From Lama guanicoe (taxonomy: Eukaryota), in the NCBI GenBank assembly GCA_013239625.1, contig MU057325.1:186001-250000 (forward strand): a stretch of DNA of 64,000 nucleotides, in the 5' to 3' direction. How positions within the stretch are numbered: position 1 is the first letter of the stretch; every line of letters begins with the position of its first letter. Under the pieces are notes generated by a model, which saw only the letters and a program-made list of their open reading frames with translations, ran no database searches and was not told the origin of the DNA. Positions 10,820 to 22,681 of this stretch are shown in pieces. Made by a program: the position numbers and the translations under genes.

Positions 10820-13471
10820 CTCCAAGGGCGCCAAAAGCGCCACCAGGTCCACTTCACACTTGTCATCTTGATACCTGGCAGGTGGTCTGGAACCGTACAG
10901 AGCCTGATCTCTTAGCTTCTCTATTTCTGACAGTCTTGTAAGAGGGTTCGTCTCATCAAAAGTTATCTGCAATTCGGTGCTTGTTTGAGAAAAGTACTCA
11001 GAGTAACACTGCTGGCTTTTCTCTTTCTCAGCTGGAACCCCCGGCAGCCTGACCTGGACCTCCTTCTGCATCTGTTCAGCAACCCTACGCTGCCACCCCT
11101 CCTCGGATGGCTGCGGTTCCGGAGCCCAGCTCTGCAGAGGGGCCCTGGCCCCGGGGGGCCCGGCGGGCAGCGCTCCCGAGCCCCGGGAGGAGAGGTCCCC
11201 AGGGCGCTGGCACCCCTTCGCAGCCGTCTCGGGATCTGGGGCCTTGAGGGCGCCGTCTTCCGCTGGGCTCTGTTTTTGGATCTCACACTGGAGCAGCACC
11301 AGCTGATGCTCGTGCTCCTTCATCTGCTGGTCCATCTTGCGCTTCAGGTTCTCCACCTCCCGCTTCTGGGCGACCAGCTCGCCTTCGAGCTCGCGGCACT
11401 TGCGGTCGTGCGGCGCCTGCGCGCGGTACTGCCGGAGCTGCCGCTCAAGCTCGCGGAGGCTCGTTTCGCAGAGCCTGGCGTTCTCCTGCGCCCGGCAGTT
11501 TTCCCGCTGAAGGGACACAAAGTCGAGCTTGATGCCCGAGATGTCGTTCTCGGTGATGACTTCGGACTCCATCAGCTTCTCCATCTTCTTCCGAAACTCC
11601 TCCGCCGAGCGTTTGAATTTCTCGGATTCCTCCTGAAACAGAACCATCTTCCTGTGGGTCACCTGCTCCTCTATGGTCTTCAGGTGCAGCTCGTCTTGGA
11701 CCTTCCTCAACCTGTCGTTCAGCTCCTGCACCTGCGCCTGCTGCTGCTGCACCTTCTGCTCCCCGAGGCGCTTCTCCTCCTGGGAGGCACTCAGCTCCGC
11801 GTTCAGGTTCCTCACCTCCTTCTCCGTCTTCTGGATAATGATGTTCTGCTGGTCACACTTCTGCTTAAATTCGCTCACCAAATTCTGGCTTTTGGCCAGG
11901 TCTTCTTCCAGGGACTTGATTCTCCTCTGGAAATCCTGTTCCGTTCTCGTCTGTTTGTGCAGATGCTCGTTTGTGTGGCGCAGCTGGTCTTTAAAACCGT
12001 CCGCCTGAATTTTCAGGGCTTCGCATCTTTGCTGGATGGCCTGTTTCTCTGAAACCACGTTGGCCGATTCGGCCTGAATCCGCTGCATCATTAACCTGGT
12101 TTCGTTGTTCTGCCTGGTGAGCTCGTCCACCTTCTGTTTCAGCACGTCTGCGCACTCGTTACTCTTCTCCAGCTCCTCCTGAAGCTTCCGGATTTTCTCG
12201 TGATTTTCTTTTTCGGCCTTAATATTTTGAAGCAACTGCGCGTGGCTTTTCTCAAACTGTGCTTTCAGGTGATCTGATTTTCTCCGGCAGGATCCCTCGT
12301 CACCCTGAAGAGGAGAGACCTGGGAATTTAATTGCTGGATGCTGCTCTCGGTGACAGCCTGGGTCCGAGTGATCCTGTCCGCCTCTCTCTGCAACTTCCC
12401 TTTCTCCTGCTGAAGAGATGCCAACTCTTGCTCATAGTTGTGCTTGAGCCTCCGGAGGTCATCGGCCTCCTGCATGGCCTCCTCGGCCCTCCCCGCGGTC
12501 CGGCTCAGCTGCCGGCCCAGCTCTCGGAGCTGCCGCGAGTACCCCTCCTCCGCCTGGTCCTTGGTTTCCAGCTCCCGCTGCAGGCGTCTCAGGGTTTGAT
12601 TTGTTTCCTCCAGTTTCTCTTGGAGCAGGCGGGCCTTTTCCTCCGAGGACGCTTTCTCCAGCTGCAGGGAGCCGAGTTCATACTGCAGCTCCCGCACGTC
12701 CTTCTCCGCCTTCCTGTTGGCGGCCGTCAGCTCCTCCACCTGCTGCTGCAGGTCCCCCGCCTGCGCGGGCGCACAAGCCAGCGAGGAGGCGCTGTCTGCG
12801 CACGAATACTGCATCTCGGCTATTCGCCTCCGGGCTTCCGATTCGATCTTCTGCTTTTCTTTCAGCTGTTCCTCCGCCACGTGTCTCTGAAACGTGAGGT
12901 CCCGCTCCATCTGCTGGATCAGCTTCAGGAGCTCCTCCTCCTTGTCTCTCTTCCTCCTCAGCTCCTCCGTCAGCTTCTTTTGCTGATGCTCCAGGTCGTG
13001 GAGGCTGGAGTCTTTTCTCTTCAGGTGATCTTCCAGGGTCCTCCTGGTGAGGCTGTGCTCCTCCAGCTGGCTCCGGAAGCGCTGCAGGTTCTCCTCCACG
13101 GCCGCCCGCCGGGCCTCGGCCTCGGCCGTGAGCCGCCGCACGCGCTCCAGCTCGCGCCGCGCCGCCTCCCTCTCCTCCACGCTGGCCTCCAGCTCGCGCC
13201 GGTACCGCTGGGCCTCGCTCTCCGCGCGCATCTTCTGCAGAGTGATGTCCGCCGCGTTCCGCTGCTGCTTCCTCAGCTCGTGCTCCGCCGCCTCCCGGAC
13301 CCTGGGCAGCTCCTCCTCCACGCGGGACTTCTGCTTCTCCAGGTCGGCCACCATGCTCTCCAGCTCGCGGATCTTGCCCGTGAGCCTGCAGTTCTCCTGC
13401 ACCGTCGCCTTCTGGCGCTCGAGCAGATCTGAGTACGCCCCGTGCTCAGAAGTCTCCTGACCCCTTTTCAT
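10820..13471 (-). CDS. DST: BPAG1e/BP230 coiled-coil rod exon (884 codons)
   Basis: ttgtag|ATG AAA AGG ... TTG GAG|gtatac; E/K/Q/R/L-rich heptads; the ATG is internal, not a start codon. Confidence 0.97.
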
Positions 13472-13686
13472 CTACAAGAGACGTTCAGAAGCGTCAAAGC
13501 CCTTCGGTTCCAATCCAGCATCTTCAGACAGCCAACGCAAGGCTCCTAAAAGCGCTGCTAAAAACCAGCGAAACCCAAGGCAGAGCAGGCACCACCACCA
13601 TCACCACCACCACCGTCTTCAGAGAAGCAGCTTCAGAAAGCCAGCTATGGGAGAAGACAAAAAAAAAAAAAAAAAAAAAAAAAAAC

Positions 13687-13842
13687 NNNNNNNNNNNNNN
13701 NNNNNNNNNNNNNNNNNNNNNNNNNNNNNNNNNNNNNNNNNNNNNNNNNNNNNNNNNNNNNNNNNNNNNNNNNNNNNNNNNNNNNNNNNNNNNNNNNNNN
13801 NNNNNNNNNNNNNNNNNNNNNNNNNNNNNNNNNNNNNNNNNN
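13687..13842. other. Assembly gap between poly(A) runs
   Basis: N run; other gaps at 32144-32275, 43874-44010, 63270-63403 and 63726-63904. Confidence 1.
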
Positions 13843-14055
13843 AAAAAAAAAAAAAAAAACAACCTTCCTGGCAGGTTTTTCTAAACCGAGGAGTCTTTTT
13901 TTTTTCTTCTTCTTTTTCTGTCTCTTAAGAATAATTTTGTTTTAAAAATTAGCTAGCTCAGGACTTCACAGCAAGAAAGAACCTTATAGCATGAGGAAAC
14001 TGAGGTCCAAGGAGTTAGAGAATTTTGACAAAGGAGGAACCAAAACTCTCACAAC

Positions 14056-14388
14056 CGTATATACATGCTGCATCTTCTTTATCCATTCATCTAGTGATGT
14101 GCACTTAGGATGCGTCCATATCTTGACAATTACAAATAATGATGCTGTTAAGAGCAAGGTGTATGTATCTTTTGGAATTAACTCTTACTTTGTAGTTGGC
14201 TTTATTCCTTTGTAACTATGCAAGTTTAAAAAGCTAAAGCTCTAAATGTTCTTAGAAAGAATAAACAGTACATATATGTAAATTTTTAAAATATGTACAG
14301 TATGTTGTGTGTATGTATTTACATGCAACATATTGTATACGTGCAGTCAAACTGTAACAATTCAACCTAATAAAACTGAAAAAACAGA
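14056..14388. mobile_element. 5'-inverted (twin-primed) L1 fragment with variant 3' tail
   Basis: Antisense L1 ORF2-end piece, then sense tail ending AATAAAactg(A)n; TSD aaccaaaa..ctctcacaac. Confidence 0.75.
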
Positions 14389-17155
14389 AACCAAAAACCT
14401 CTCACAACAGTGCTCTTTCTGCCCTCACACACAGCTTAGTCCTACAAGCTAAGAAGAACATTCAACGTATAGGAACTGAATGACATTAAGACAATTTAGT
14501 TTTCAGGGTCTACCCCAATGGAAATTAAAAATGATGTTTTCAACCTTCGGTCTTAGGATTGAAGAAACAAAATACAGAACTTTGGAACAGAGAGCCGAAT
14601 CAGGAAATGATACTTAACACGAGGAAGGAGGAAAATTATATAAAAATTGGTAGTTTCAACACATTCCTTACTATTTGCCATATTATGACAACTATACTCA
14701 TCAGAATTGCTAATGCAAAGGCAGCTTTAGTCGCTGGTGGGTTTAGAAAAGATGTGCTTCATATACTCACAGATTTCGTTGTTGCTGTTAATGACATGCC
14801 TCCTATGAATCCACCTTAATAAGTACCTTTAGATACTCCATAAACTAAGATATTTGTTAAATACAGATGCTCAGCGATTTAGTGCCAGCTAAGAAAATGT
14901 GATCACTCTATCTATTGATTACAGAATCAGACTCAGCTGGGAGGGATCCACTGCAGGGACTACAGAACAATGTACTCAGGGCTACTTTATAATCACTGGT
15001 AGTAGTAATTCCTCTTTATTAATACTGTAAGGTTATTAGTGTCATATCATCAACTCACAATCATCATAATTAGAATAATTTAAATCGAAATAGAGAAGTT
15101 ATTCTAAACAGATTTTTTTTCATTGCAAAGCGTTGGCAAATCTCAAGAATTTAATTTGTATGATACTCCATTGCATCTTATTTTGCTTCCTCTAATTTCT
15201 TGACCCCCAAGAATCTGGATAAGAATTTCAGCTGTTTCCTCTGTTAATATGACTTTGAATGGGAATTTCGTGTAAAAAGAAATCTCATCACAGTCTGCAG
15301 TATTCAATGCTCCGTTTTCTTTGTTTTCTTATCAGGGTCACTCTAGAGTGACACCGAAGCATTTTGTCTGCTTGGACATTAAATGTTCAGTGTATTTTGA
15401 GTGGATGACTTCTAAAAAGGTTTTCCTCAATTCTTCATCAAATTTCTTTTAAAATTTAGCTGCTGCTAAGACGTTTGAGCCTCTTCATTTTTTTCTTAGT
15501 CATGATCTGAGGTTTAAAAGAATGAAAATTCTCTCAGGAAAAAAATGTTTGTTGTTGAAATCTCAGTGTCTGAGTTATTTTACAGACTGTTCATAATCTC
15601 ACGTTGCCTAGATAACTCTGAAATTTTTTAACAAATACTACAAAAGTTACTAGAAATAATTTAGTCCTGTTGCTGATTTGCTTTATTGTAGATCTCAAAC
15701 TTATTCACATAAAAGTGGCTTCAGGTTTTATCTAAATGTTCTCCAAGGAGACATGTTCATCTCTAAACTCAGCAATTAACATTTAATAAATTTTGCTGTC
15801 CACACAGACTAGAAAAATCTCTTTATCCATCTAATATCCATTACAGATACCCTATTAACATGTCTGTGACTAATTGAGTATTATCTTTGAAATTAACTTG
15901 ACTAACTTGACTCCCTAATGTTTATTATGGAAAATTCTACTCTCTGGCCAAGATTTCTCACATGAGTCTCCATGGACCCATTTCAAAAACACTACTGTTT
16001 GGAGTCTGAAAACTGAGCTATGACTCTTTTATAAGATATTCCATATTAAGATCCTTAAGTAGTGAATTTTTAATAAAGAATTTTTTAAATTTTAAGTGGT
16101 AACCGCCTCGGTGTGGTCTTCCATAAACTATGTTCTTTTCACTTTCAAGGCAATATAATTGTTCACATTTCAAAGGATGACAAGCATAATTTGGATGTAT
16201 TTTAGGCTTTGTGACTATCTCTTTTGGGTCTATCAACTTCTAGTATTCTACCACATCAGATAAACTGAGAAAGTGCCCATATATGTGCAATCAGATATAC
16301 ATTATAAGAAAGCAGAGGTCTTAAATCATTTTATTTTATGTTTAAGTACTAAATAGACAATTTAAAAGATCTGCATACCACTTAAAATGGAGTCACAGCT
16401 CTTAAACACTAAAAAATGTAAAAAAGAATTATGGACTTTTTTCCATAGATGAGAGTGTAGGCTAATTATTCGGACACTCAAAATATTCTGGTTCTCCCTT
16501 CTAAGCCCAAAGGAAGCTAGTTATAAAGACTTGGCAAGTAGCTATGTTAGTGTTTTAGTGGCAGAAAACTGTTAACTCTGAACAGACAAAAATAGTTTAC
16601 AAAAGCAGTCACACTTTTAGAAACTGAGAAGTAATATCTATCAGATATTCACTACCATTCTGGTTCTCTCATTATATGAAAGGAGTTACACTAAGTGCAA
16701 TTGTCTTCAGGATTCCAACCACAGTCTAATCGAAATGGCAAATGCCCCACAGTTTACTGACTGGAGCACTCAGTTTACCATTTTTGTCTGCTCTGAGGTT
16801 AGGAATAGAAAGCATATCAAGACATGCATGGACAGCATAATAGCTTCAAAATTAGATAAAATGGACTTTTATGAAAATATATTTCTTAAAGGACTCCTTC
16901 TATTTCTGAATATATATATCTATTTTTTTAAATGCATAATCAAAGGTACTGAAGTCCTCCAAATTAAAATGGCATTTAAACAGTCTTTTTTAACATACAC
17001 CATAATACCTTTCTGGCAAAAATTAAAACAAAAACAAAACAAAAAACCTCATAGTTCTTAAAGAGTACTAACTGTTTTGTATAAACACCTGCTTTTAACT
17101 TCATGGCTTTTATGTTTTAAATACTTGAAGATGTAAATTTTAAATGCACAAAACA

Positions 17156-17295
17156 GGGAGGGAGGGTAGAGCTCTGGTGGTAGAGAGCATGCCTGGCATG
17201 CACAGGGTCCTGGGTTCAATCCGCCGTACCTCCATTGAATAAATAAATAAATCTAATTACCTCCTCCCAGGAAAAATTTTTTAACATTAAGAAAA
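17156..17295 (+). mobile_element. tRNA-derived SINE
   Basis: Same head and taattacctcc tail. Confidence 0.85.
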
Positions 17296-17300
17296 GCACA

Positions 17301-17403
17301 TAAGAATATGAATATGGATGTATGAATGTATATGGATGACTGGGACATTGTGCTGTACGCCAGAAACTGACACGTTGTAACTGACTGTACTTCAGTTAAA
17401 AAA
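17301..17403 (+). mobile_element. L1 3' end fragment
   Basis: gactgggacattgtgctgtac...taactgactgtacttca. Confidence 0.8.
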
Positions 17404-17796
17404 CATTTTTTTTAAAGCACAAAACAAATGTGTTTATGTAGCATTTCTGCAGACATCATAACAGCACTAACTAGACTTCAAAAAAGTATACTTCTCAATT
17501 GTGCGATATCTGCAAATTCTGCCAAACTACCAGCATTTCATAATGTACACAGAGCCATTTAAGACATCAGCCCTATTATCTCAGAGTCCTGGAGTGAAAA
17601 TATATGTTTTTCAATTTGAAAACATCTTAATAACAAACAAAAAATCCTAGGCCTCTATTCTTTTTCACTGTAATTGTATCATTAAATAATCCCTTATATG
17701 TCAGCTATCAACCATGTGATGTTATCATGAAATTTTCTTGTTTTCCCAGCCCATTTCGTGGTGCCCGTTCAGGGAGCTGTCCTAGTTAATGGTTAC

Positions 17797-17895
17797 CTCC
17801 TCCTCTTCCAGCCTCTTCAACGAGTCACCAGCAAATTTAATATATTGTGTCATAAGGGTGACCAGAGCGGTATACCGGGTCCTCAGGTCCATGAA
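17797..17895 (-). CDS. DST: DST last shared plakin-domain exon FMDLRTRY...LEEEE (branch donor for e versus a/b isoforms)
   Basis: atgcag|TTC ... GAG|gtaacc; 99 nt. Confidence 0.96.
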
Positions 17896-18409
17896 CTGCA
17901 TGGAAGAAAAAAAATAAAAACATCATCTCCAGTTGCCCTAAACGAGTTGAATGAGCGTTGAGTAATAATTAAAATGCCAGCTAGGCTTTGAGACAGGGAG
18001 GGACACAGCCTCCCAGTAGCGACAGCTGGGTAGGAATGAGATGAGTGTTGTGCAGACCACACTGACTGACAATCTTCTCCTAAATTTAATCATGACCTAC
18101 ACTTACTATTCTCTGCCACGAATTAATCTTGAATGCAGATTCTCAAAGCGTTCTTTAGAACCCTTAATAAAATATATTGTTACAGGTAGCGAGCTTTTAA
18201 ATGGGAAGATGAAATTGGGAAGGAGAGAGGTCAAGTTTGCTTAATATTATGAATGCACTGAACGTCACTGAATTGCATACTTAAGGATGATTAAAATGGT
18301 AAATTTCCTGTTACGCATTTTTTATCACAATGTAAATGTACAAATACAAAATTGCTAGAGTGTTGCTGCTCTGTTTTGTGGCCTCCTCCGTCTCCCGTCC
18401 TCCCCTCAC

Positions 18410-18517
18410 CTCTTGAATGACGAGATCCGCCGAGCTCTGCATCCTTCGCCGTTTCACGGGAGACTTCTGTTGTGAATCCACCATGGCCCGGTAGGTCATT
18501 GTTTGTAATTCGTAGTC
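18410..18517 (-). CDS. DST: DST exon DYELQTMTY...[11 protein letters not shown]...IQE (basic NLS-like motif)
   Basis: acag|GAC ... GAG|gtgagg; 108 nt. Confidence 0.96.
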
Positions 18518-18706
18518 CTGTATAAAGGAATCAGGAAGGTTAGAGGAATTAAAGCGAAGCACTAACACTTCATCTTACCGTGATCAGACGCGGAGAAATG
18601 GAGTCTTGTTTCACTGAATAACTTGACATAAAGTTGCAAGACTACATTTTCAAGAATCAGTACAACCTGAGATGCTTCCAAAGTGGTAATAAAAATCAAA
18701 CATTTA

Positions 18707-18880
18707 GGGGAGAGGGTATATAGCTCAGCGGTAAGAGTGCGTGCTTAGCACACACAGGGTCCTGGGTTCAATCCATAGTACCTCCACTAAAAAATTAAAT
18801 TAAATTAAAAATTAATTTAAAAATACATGAAAGAAACCTAATCACCACCCCAGAAAACAACAAAAACAAACAAACAAAAT
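18707..18880 (+). mobile_element. tRNA-derived SINE with TSD aaaatcaaacatttaggg
   Basis: SINE head plus flanking direct repeat. Confidence 0.88.
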
Positions 18881-19146
18881 CAAACATTTAGGGTGGTCAG
18901 GAGAGCTCTGAAATCTCTTTAGAAGCTCATGGAAAAATCCAGGGACAATGAGCTCATTCTGTTTCGCCTCTGAAAGGACCAGGGGTCATCGGGTGACTCA
19001 CATTTCACAAAGAATTATTAGACAAGTGAAAAGAGGTTCAAGTGAAGATTCTCTGTTTTACTCTTAACCCAGACCAAACGATTTGCAAAGGCTTTAAAAG
19101 TGCACTGGAGAAACACATCCCTGAACATTAAATTTGACACAAGGTC

Positions 19147-19280
19147 GAGGAGGGTATAGTTAAGTGGTAGAGCACGCGCTCTGCATGTAGGAGGTCCTGG
19201 GTTCAATCTGGAGTACCTCCACTACATAAATACGTACATAAATAAACAAAACTATTACCCCCCAAAAAAAACTTTTAAAA
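19147..19280 (+). mobile_element. tRNA-derived SINE
   Basis: gggtatagttaagtggtagagc...gggttcaatc. Confidence 0.8.
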
Positions 19281-19334
19281 AGGTTACTTAAAAAAAATTG
19301 AAAAAAACCTGACGCAAGGAACTGGCCTTCTCAC

Positions 19335-19418
19335 CTTGACCGCAGTGGAGTATTGTTCTGCGTATTTCTGGCACTCGTCCATTTTGCTCTGTTTCATTTC
19401 TATTTCTGACACCAGCAT
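19335..19418 (-). CDS. DST: DST exon [12 protein letters not shown]...STAVK
   Basis: ttatag|ATG ... AAG|gtgaga; 84 nt. Confidence 0.95.
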
Positions 19419-20106
19419 CTATAAAGGCACAGTTTAGACGAGAAATGACCAGGAATTCTATGCTATCCAACAACTTAACATCTCGGGCACTAAGAAATAT
19501 CTACATTACATTAAATCATAGCCCTTTGTGCTGAAATGTCATTTGTCTTACGGATAAGGCACAAACTTGCAAGATTAAGCCACTAAGGGACACACCCTCT
19601 GGGGCTTCCAAAGCAGAAGTTACTGAACTCCAGGAATTATCCAAAAGTAGACTTGAAACCCTTGACTCTCACCTCTTCCTAATCAAAAGAGAGCTAGGAA
19701 GAACCAGCCCCTAGAGATGGAGCAAACACCTCAACGCGTTTAACTCTTTGTCAAAGGTGGCCGTTTAATTTTCGACAGCTATTTTTACTTACTGAGGAGC
19801 CCGTAAAACTACTGCGGCCAGGAAAGTACCAGAGAGATGGCCACGCCTACGGTTACATGATTATCAGAGATTTGAGAACTGTCTCAACAGGCTACGTTCT
19901 CTTCCTTATGCTTCAAAAATGACTGCCAAGAAATCAAAGTAGGTAATGCCTGTCAGTTTCAGTGCAGGATTTTAATATTAATGGCTTACTTCCTGCCTTC
20001 CTCGAAATCGTGGCTGACTTCTCTTCTCATCAAGAGAAAGGAAGGCAAGGGTCACGAGTGACCAGACGCAGACACAACCTCAGGACACGGAACTGTTTTT
20101 ACGCAC

Positions 20107-20269
20107 CTTCTGTTGATTCAACTGTGTGGCAAGGGTTTTACTATTCTCAGGCTGATTTTCCTGAATCTTTCTCTGAGTCGTTTCCACCTGCTGGATCCAA
20201 TCATCCAACGGGTGATAGGTGTCTCTGTAGTACTTCAGCGACTTGCCAATGCCTTCTAAGTCCCGTAAC
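20107..20269 (-). CDS. DST: DST exon [12 protein letters not shown]...LNQQK
   Basis: ctcag|G TTA ... AAG|gtgcgt; 163 nt. Confidence 0.95.
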
Positions 20270-20402
20270 CTGAGAGATGAACAGGACAACAGTCACGCTT
20301 TCCAACAGGCACCATTAGGAGGGTAGACGGGGGTGAGACAAAGTCACTGTACCAGGATGCAGTGAGCTATCGGCAGGGCTGGGTGTCAAGAATTCAAGGT
20401 CA

Positions 20403-20562
20403 ACAGACTCGCAGACAGTCAACAATCTTGTGGTAACTGGGGAAAGGGGGTGGGAAGGGATAAATCTGGGAGTTTGAGATTTACAAATGTTCGCCACTAT
20501 ACATAAAAGATTAAAAAAAAAGTTTCTTCTGTATAGCACAGGGAACTATGTTCAATGTCTCA
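20403..20562 (+). mobile_element. L1 3' UTR fragment
   Basis: ggggtgggaagggataaat...tatagcacagggaactat. Confidence 0.8.
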
Positions 20563-20773
20563 TAATTTGGGAGTTAAATGTCTTGCTAACATATAAAAAA
20601 AGAAATATAATTAGGCAGAGCTCTTACACAATTAACTATATATCTTTATACGGGAATTAACTCTCTGGAATTAATTACAGATGGCAGTAAAGAGCCTACT
20701 ACGTGCAGACTGTACCTAGAATGCACAGAGAGAGATGAAGTCGGGGCTAAAACTGAACGGAAAGCGTACTAAC

Positions 20774-20967
20774 CGGTTGTCAATCTGAACCTGGACATTC
20801 TGCCACCTCTCAACCAGCTGATCCGCTTTCTCCTTGTGCCAGTCAAAGTCAAGGTCACGCTCTTTGTAGGTTTTGAACATCTCATCGCTGATGGTCTTGG
20901 CTCTCTGCAGCTCGTCCTCCAGCGCGTGGAAGACCTCTCTCTTTTCATCAACCTCAGATCGCCATTG
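20774..20967 (-). CDS. DST: DST exon [11 protein letters not shown]...QIDNR
   Basis: cttag|CAA TGG ... CG|gttagt; 194 nt. Confidence 0.95.
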
Positions 20968-21159
20968 CTAAGATTGGTGAAAGTCAAAAATGTATCAACC
21001 ACTCATCGGGTAAACACATTGTTCACCTGAATTTTACAGTCCATATACAGATGGCTGATACAAAATCAGACAATGGAAAGAATGTATTTCACATACACAA
21101 ATATTACATTAGGTTAAATGTTATAAAATTGCCAATGTTTGACTCTACTTTTTAAAAAG

Positions 21160-21303
21160 ATTTTTTTTTTTTTTGGTTTGCTTTACTTTCCAGGGGGAGG
21201 TAATTTGGCTTATTTATTTATTTTTAATGGAGGTGCTGGGGGTTGAACCCAGGACCTCATGCGTGCTAAGCATGCGCTCTACCACTGAGCTATACCCTCC
21301 CCC
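21160..21303 (-). mobile_element. tRNA-derived SINE
   Basis: Reverse-strand head; imperfect TSD tttgact.ta.ttt. Confidence 0.85.
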
Positions 21304-21954
21304 TTATTTGACTGTATTTTGATGTAGAAAGAAAAAAATCAATTTTATAAAGTTCGGCTTCATGGAATGTGCAGATCAATCAAATATAATATATTCCATA
21401 AGTCAGCTACCTCAGTAAGTCTTTTTCATTGTTTATTTCTTAAATACCTGCTAATCTTGTTTAAAAATGAATGCATGTCTTAAAAATCACTGAGACAACT
21501 TTTCATGATTATTTTGCAAGAGCTTTACTCAGTGCTTTACAAACAGAAGAACAGAAACAGACAAGCAGGACTGCCAGTCTTTTCTCCGCTTAGATCCAGT
21601 CCTCTGTGTACCTCCTCAATTTCTTAAAACACCTGCCTCTTTCAGCAAGAGAACCTCTTACAAATAATTTACTTTTCAGCATCAACTCCTCTTGCTGCCA
21701 ACACGAACTAACGGTAAAAACCTACTATGGAAAAGAGTCACACCTGAAATGAGAAGAACTCCCCTAAAGCTAAAAATGACGGCACATTCTGATTCACAGG
21801 AAGCCAAGGTATTTATAGGGATACGAGATGGAAAGACCAGCAGTGCACTCAAGTTGAGATGTTTCATGCCTGATGTCAAAGACCCAACTTGAGTGCCAGA
21901 GAAATACTTTTTCAGAGGATAATCTGGAAAAACAGCCAGCCATAAGACTCCTAC

Positions 21955-22093
21955 CTTTAAAGTACTTATTAGATTCTCAATATTGTTCTTGTCCGCTATA
22001 ACTGCTTCCTCTTCACACAGCTTTGTTTCATACAGTTTTACAAGGGCTTCTGCAGCCTGACTGTTTTTTAACACCAGATTCACAGTTTTCAAC
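21955..22093 (-). CDS. DST: DST exon [12 protein letters not shown]...ISTLK
   Basis: ttcag|G TTG ... AAG|gtagga; 139 nt. Confidence 0.95.
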
Positions 22094-22502
22094 CTGAAAA
22101 AGAGAATGAGACGATTGTCCCTGATGCCCTAGAAGGCAGTCTCGAGGTGCCACTGGGGTGCAGGATCAAGGATGCTCTTTCTCTCATTTGTTACAAGACT
22201 AACATCTCGCTCACTGTCTTCTAACGGGCACAGCATGTGCCTCAGCCCATTATTATAGGCAAAATGTGGGAAGATCCCACCTTATGCCCTAACCTCTGAA
22301 TCTCTTCCCTTCCAACATGAGGAAGCATCATAAAGCCACAGAACTACTTAGTACGTTTGTTATGAAGACAAAAAGTCCTATTCTTAAAAATGAGTATTTT
22401 TAGATAAAACAGCATATATATATACACACACACACACACATAAAACATGGCAACTGTAGGAAGCCAATTTATACTCTGTATATTGAGACCAGGGGCGCCT
22501 AC

Positions 22503-22681
22503 TTCTCTATGTAGGTGGAGGACATGGAGTAAACTTGGGTCATGTTCTGAACGACCACGCTGAGCTCGGACCGCAAGGTGGGAACTGAGGAAGAGGCCGC
22601 CGCCTGGCTGAAAAATTCTTCGCACTTATTTGTGATCGTGGCCAGATCGTCCTTCAGTCGCTCTAGTTCTTTCTTCAGTTT
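22503..22681 (-). CDS. DST: DST exon [12 protein letters not shown]...STYIEK
   Basis: ttatag|AAA CTG ... AA|gtaggc; 179 nt. Confidence 0.95.

Noticed and set aside
10985-13432. Long plus-strand ORFs (355 and 366 aa)
   Set aside because: Antisense shadows of the codon-biased DST rod exon; Leu-rich mirror composition
15337-15352. Perfect 16-bp palindrome gtcactctagagtgac
   Set aside because: Isolated; about one such palindrome is expected by chance in 64 kb
16775-16800. Possible microexon after ctaacctcag
   Set aside because: Weak donor gtaaac, and the 14-nt form breaks frame
17782-17796. Read-through extension past the LEEEE donor
   Set aside because: Hits TAG after four codons (VTIN*)
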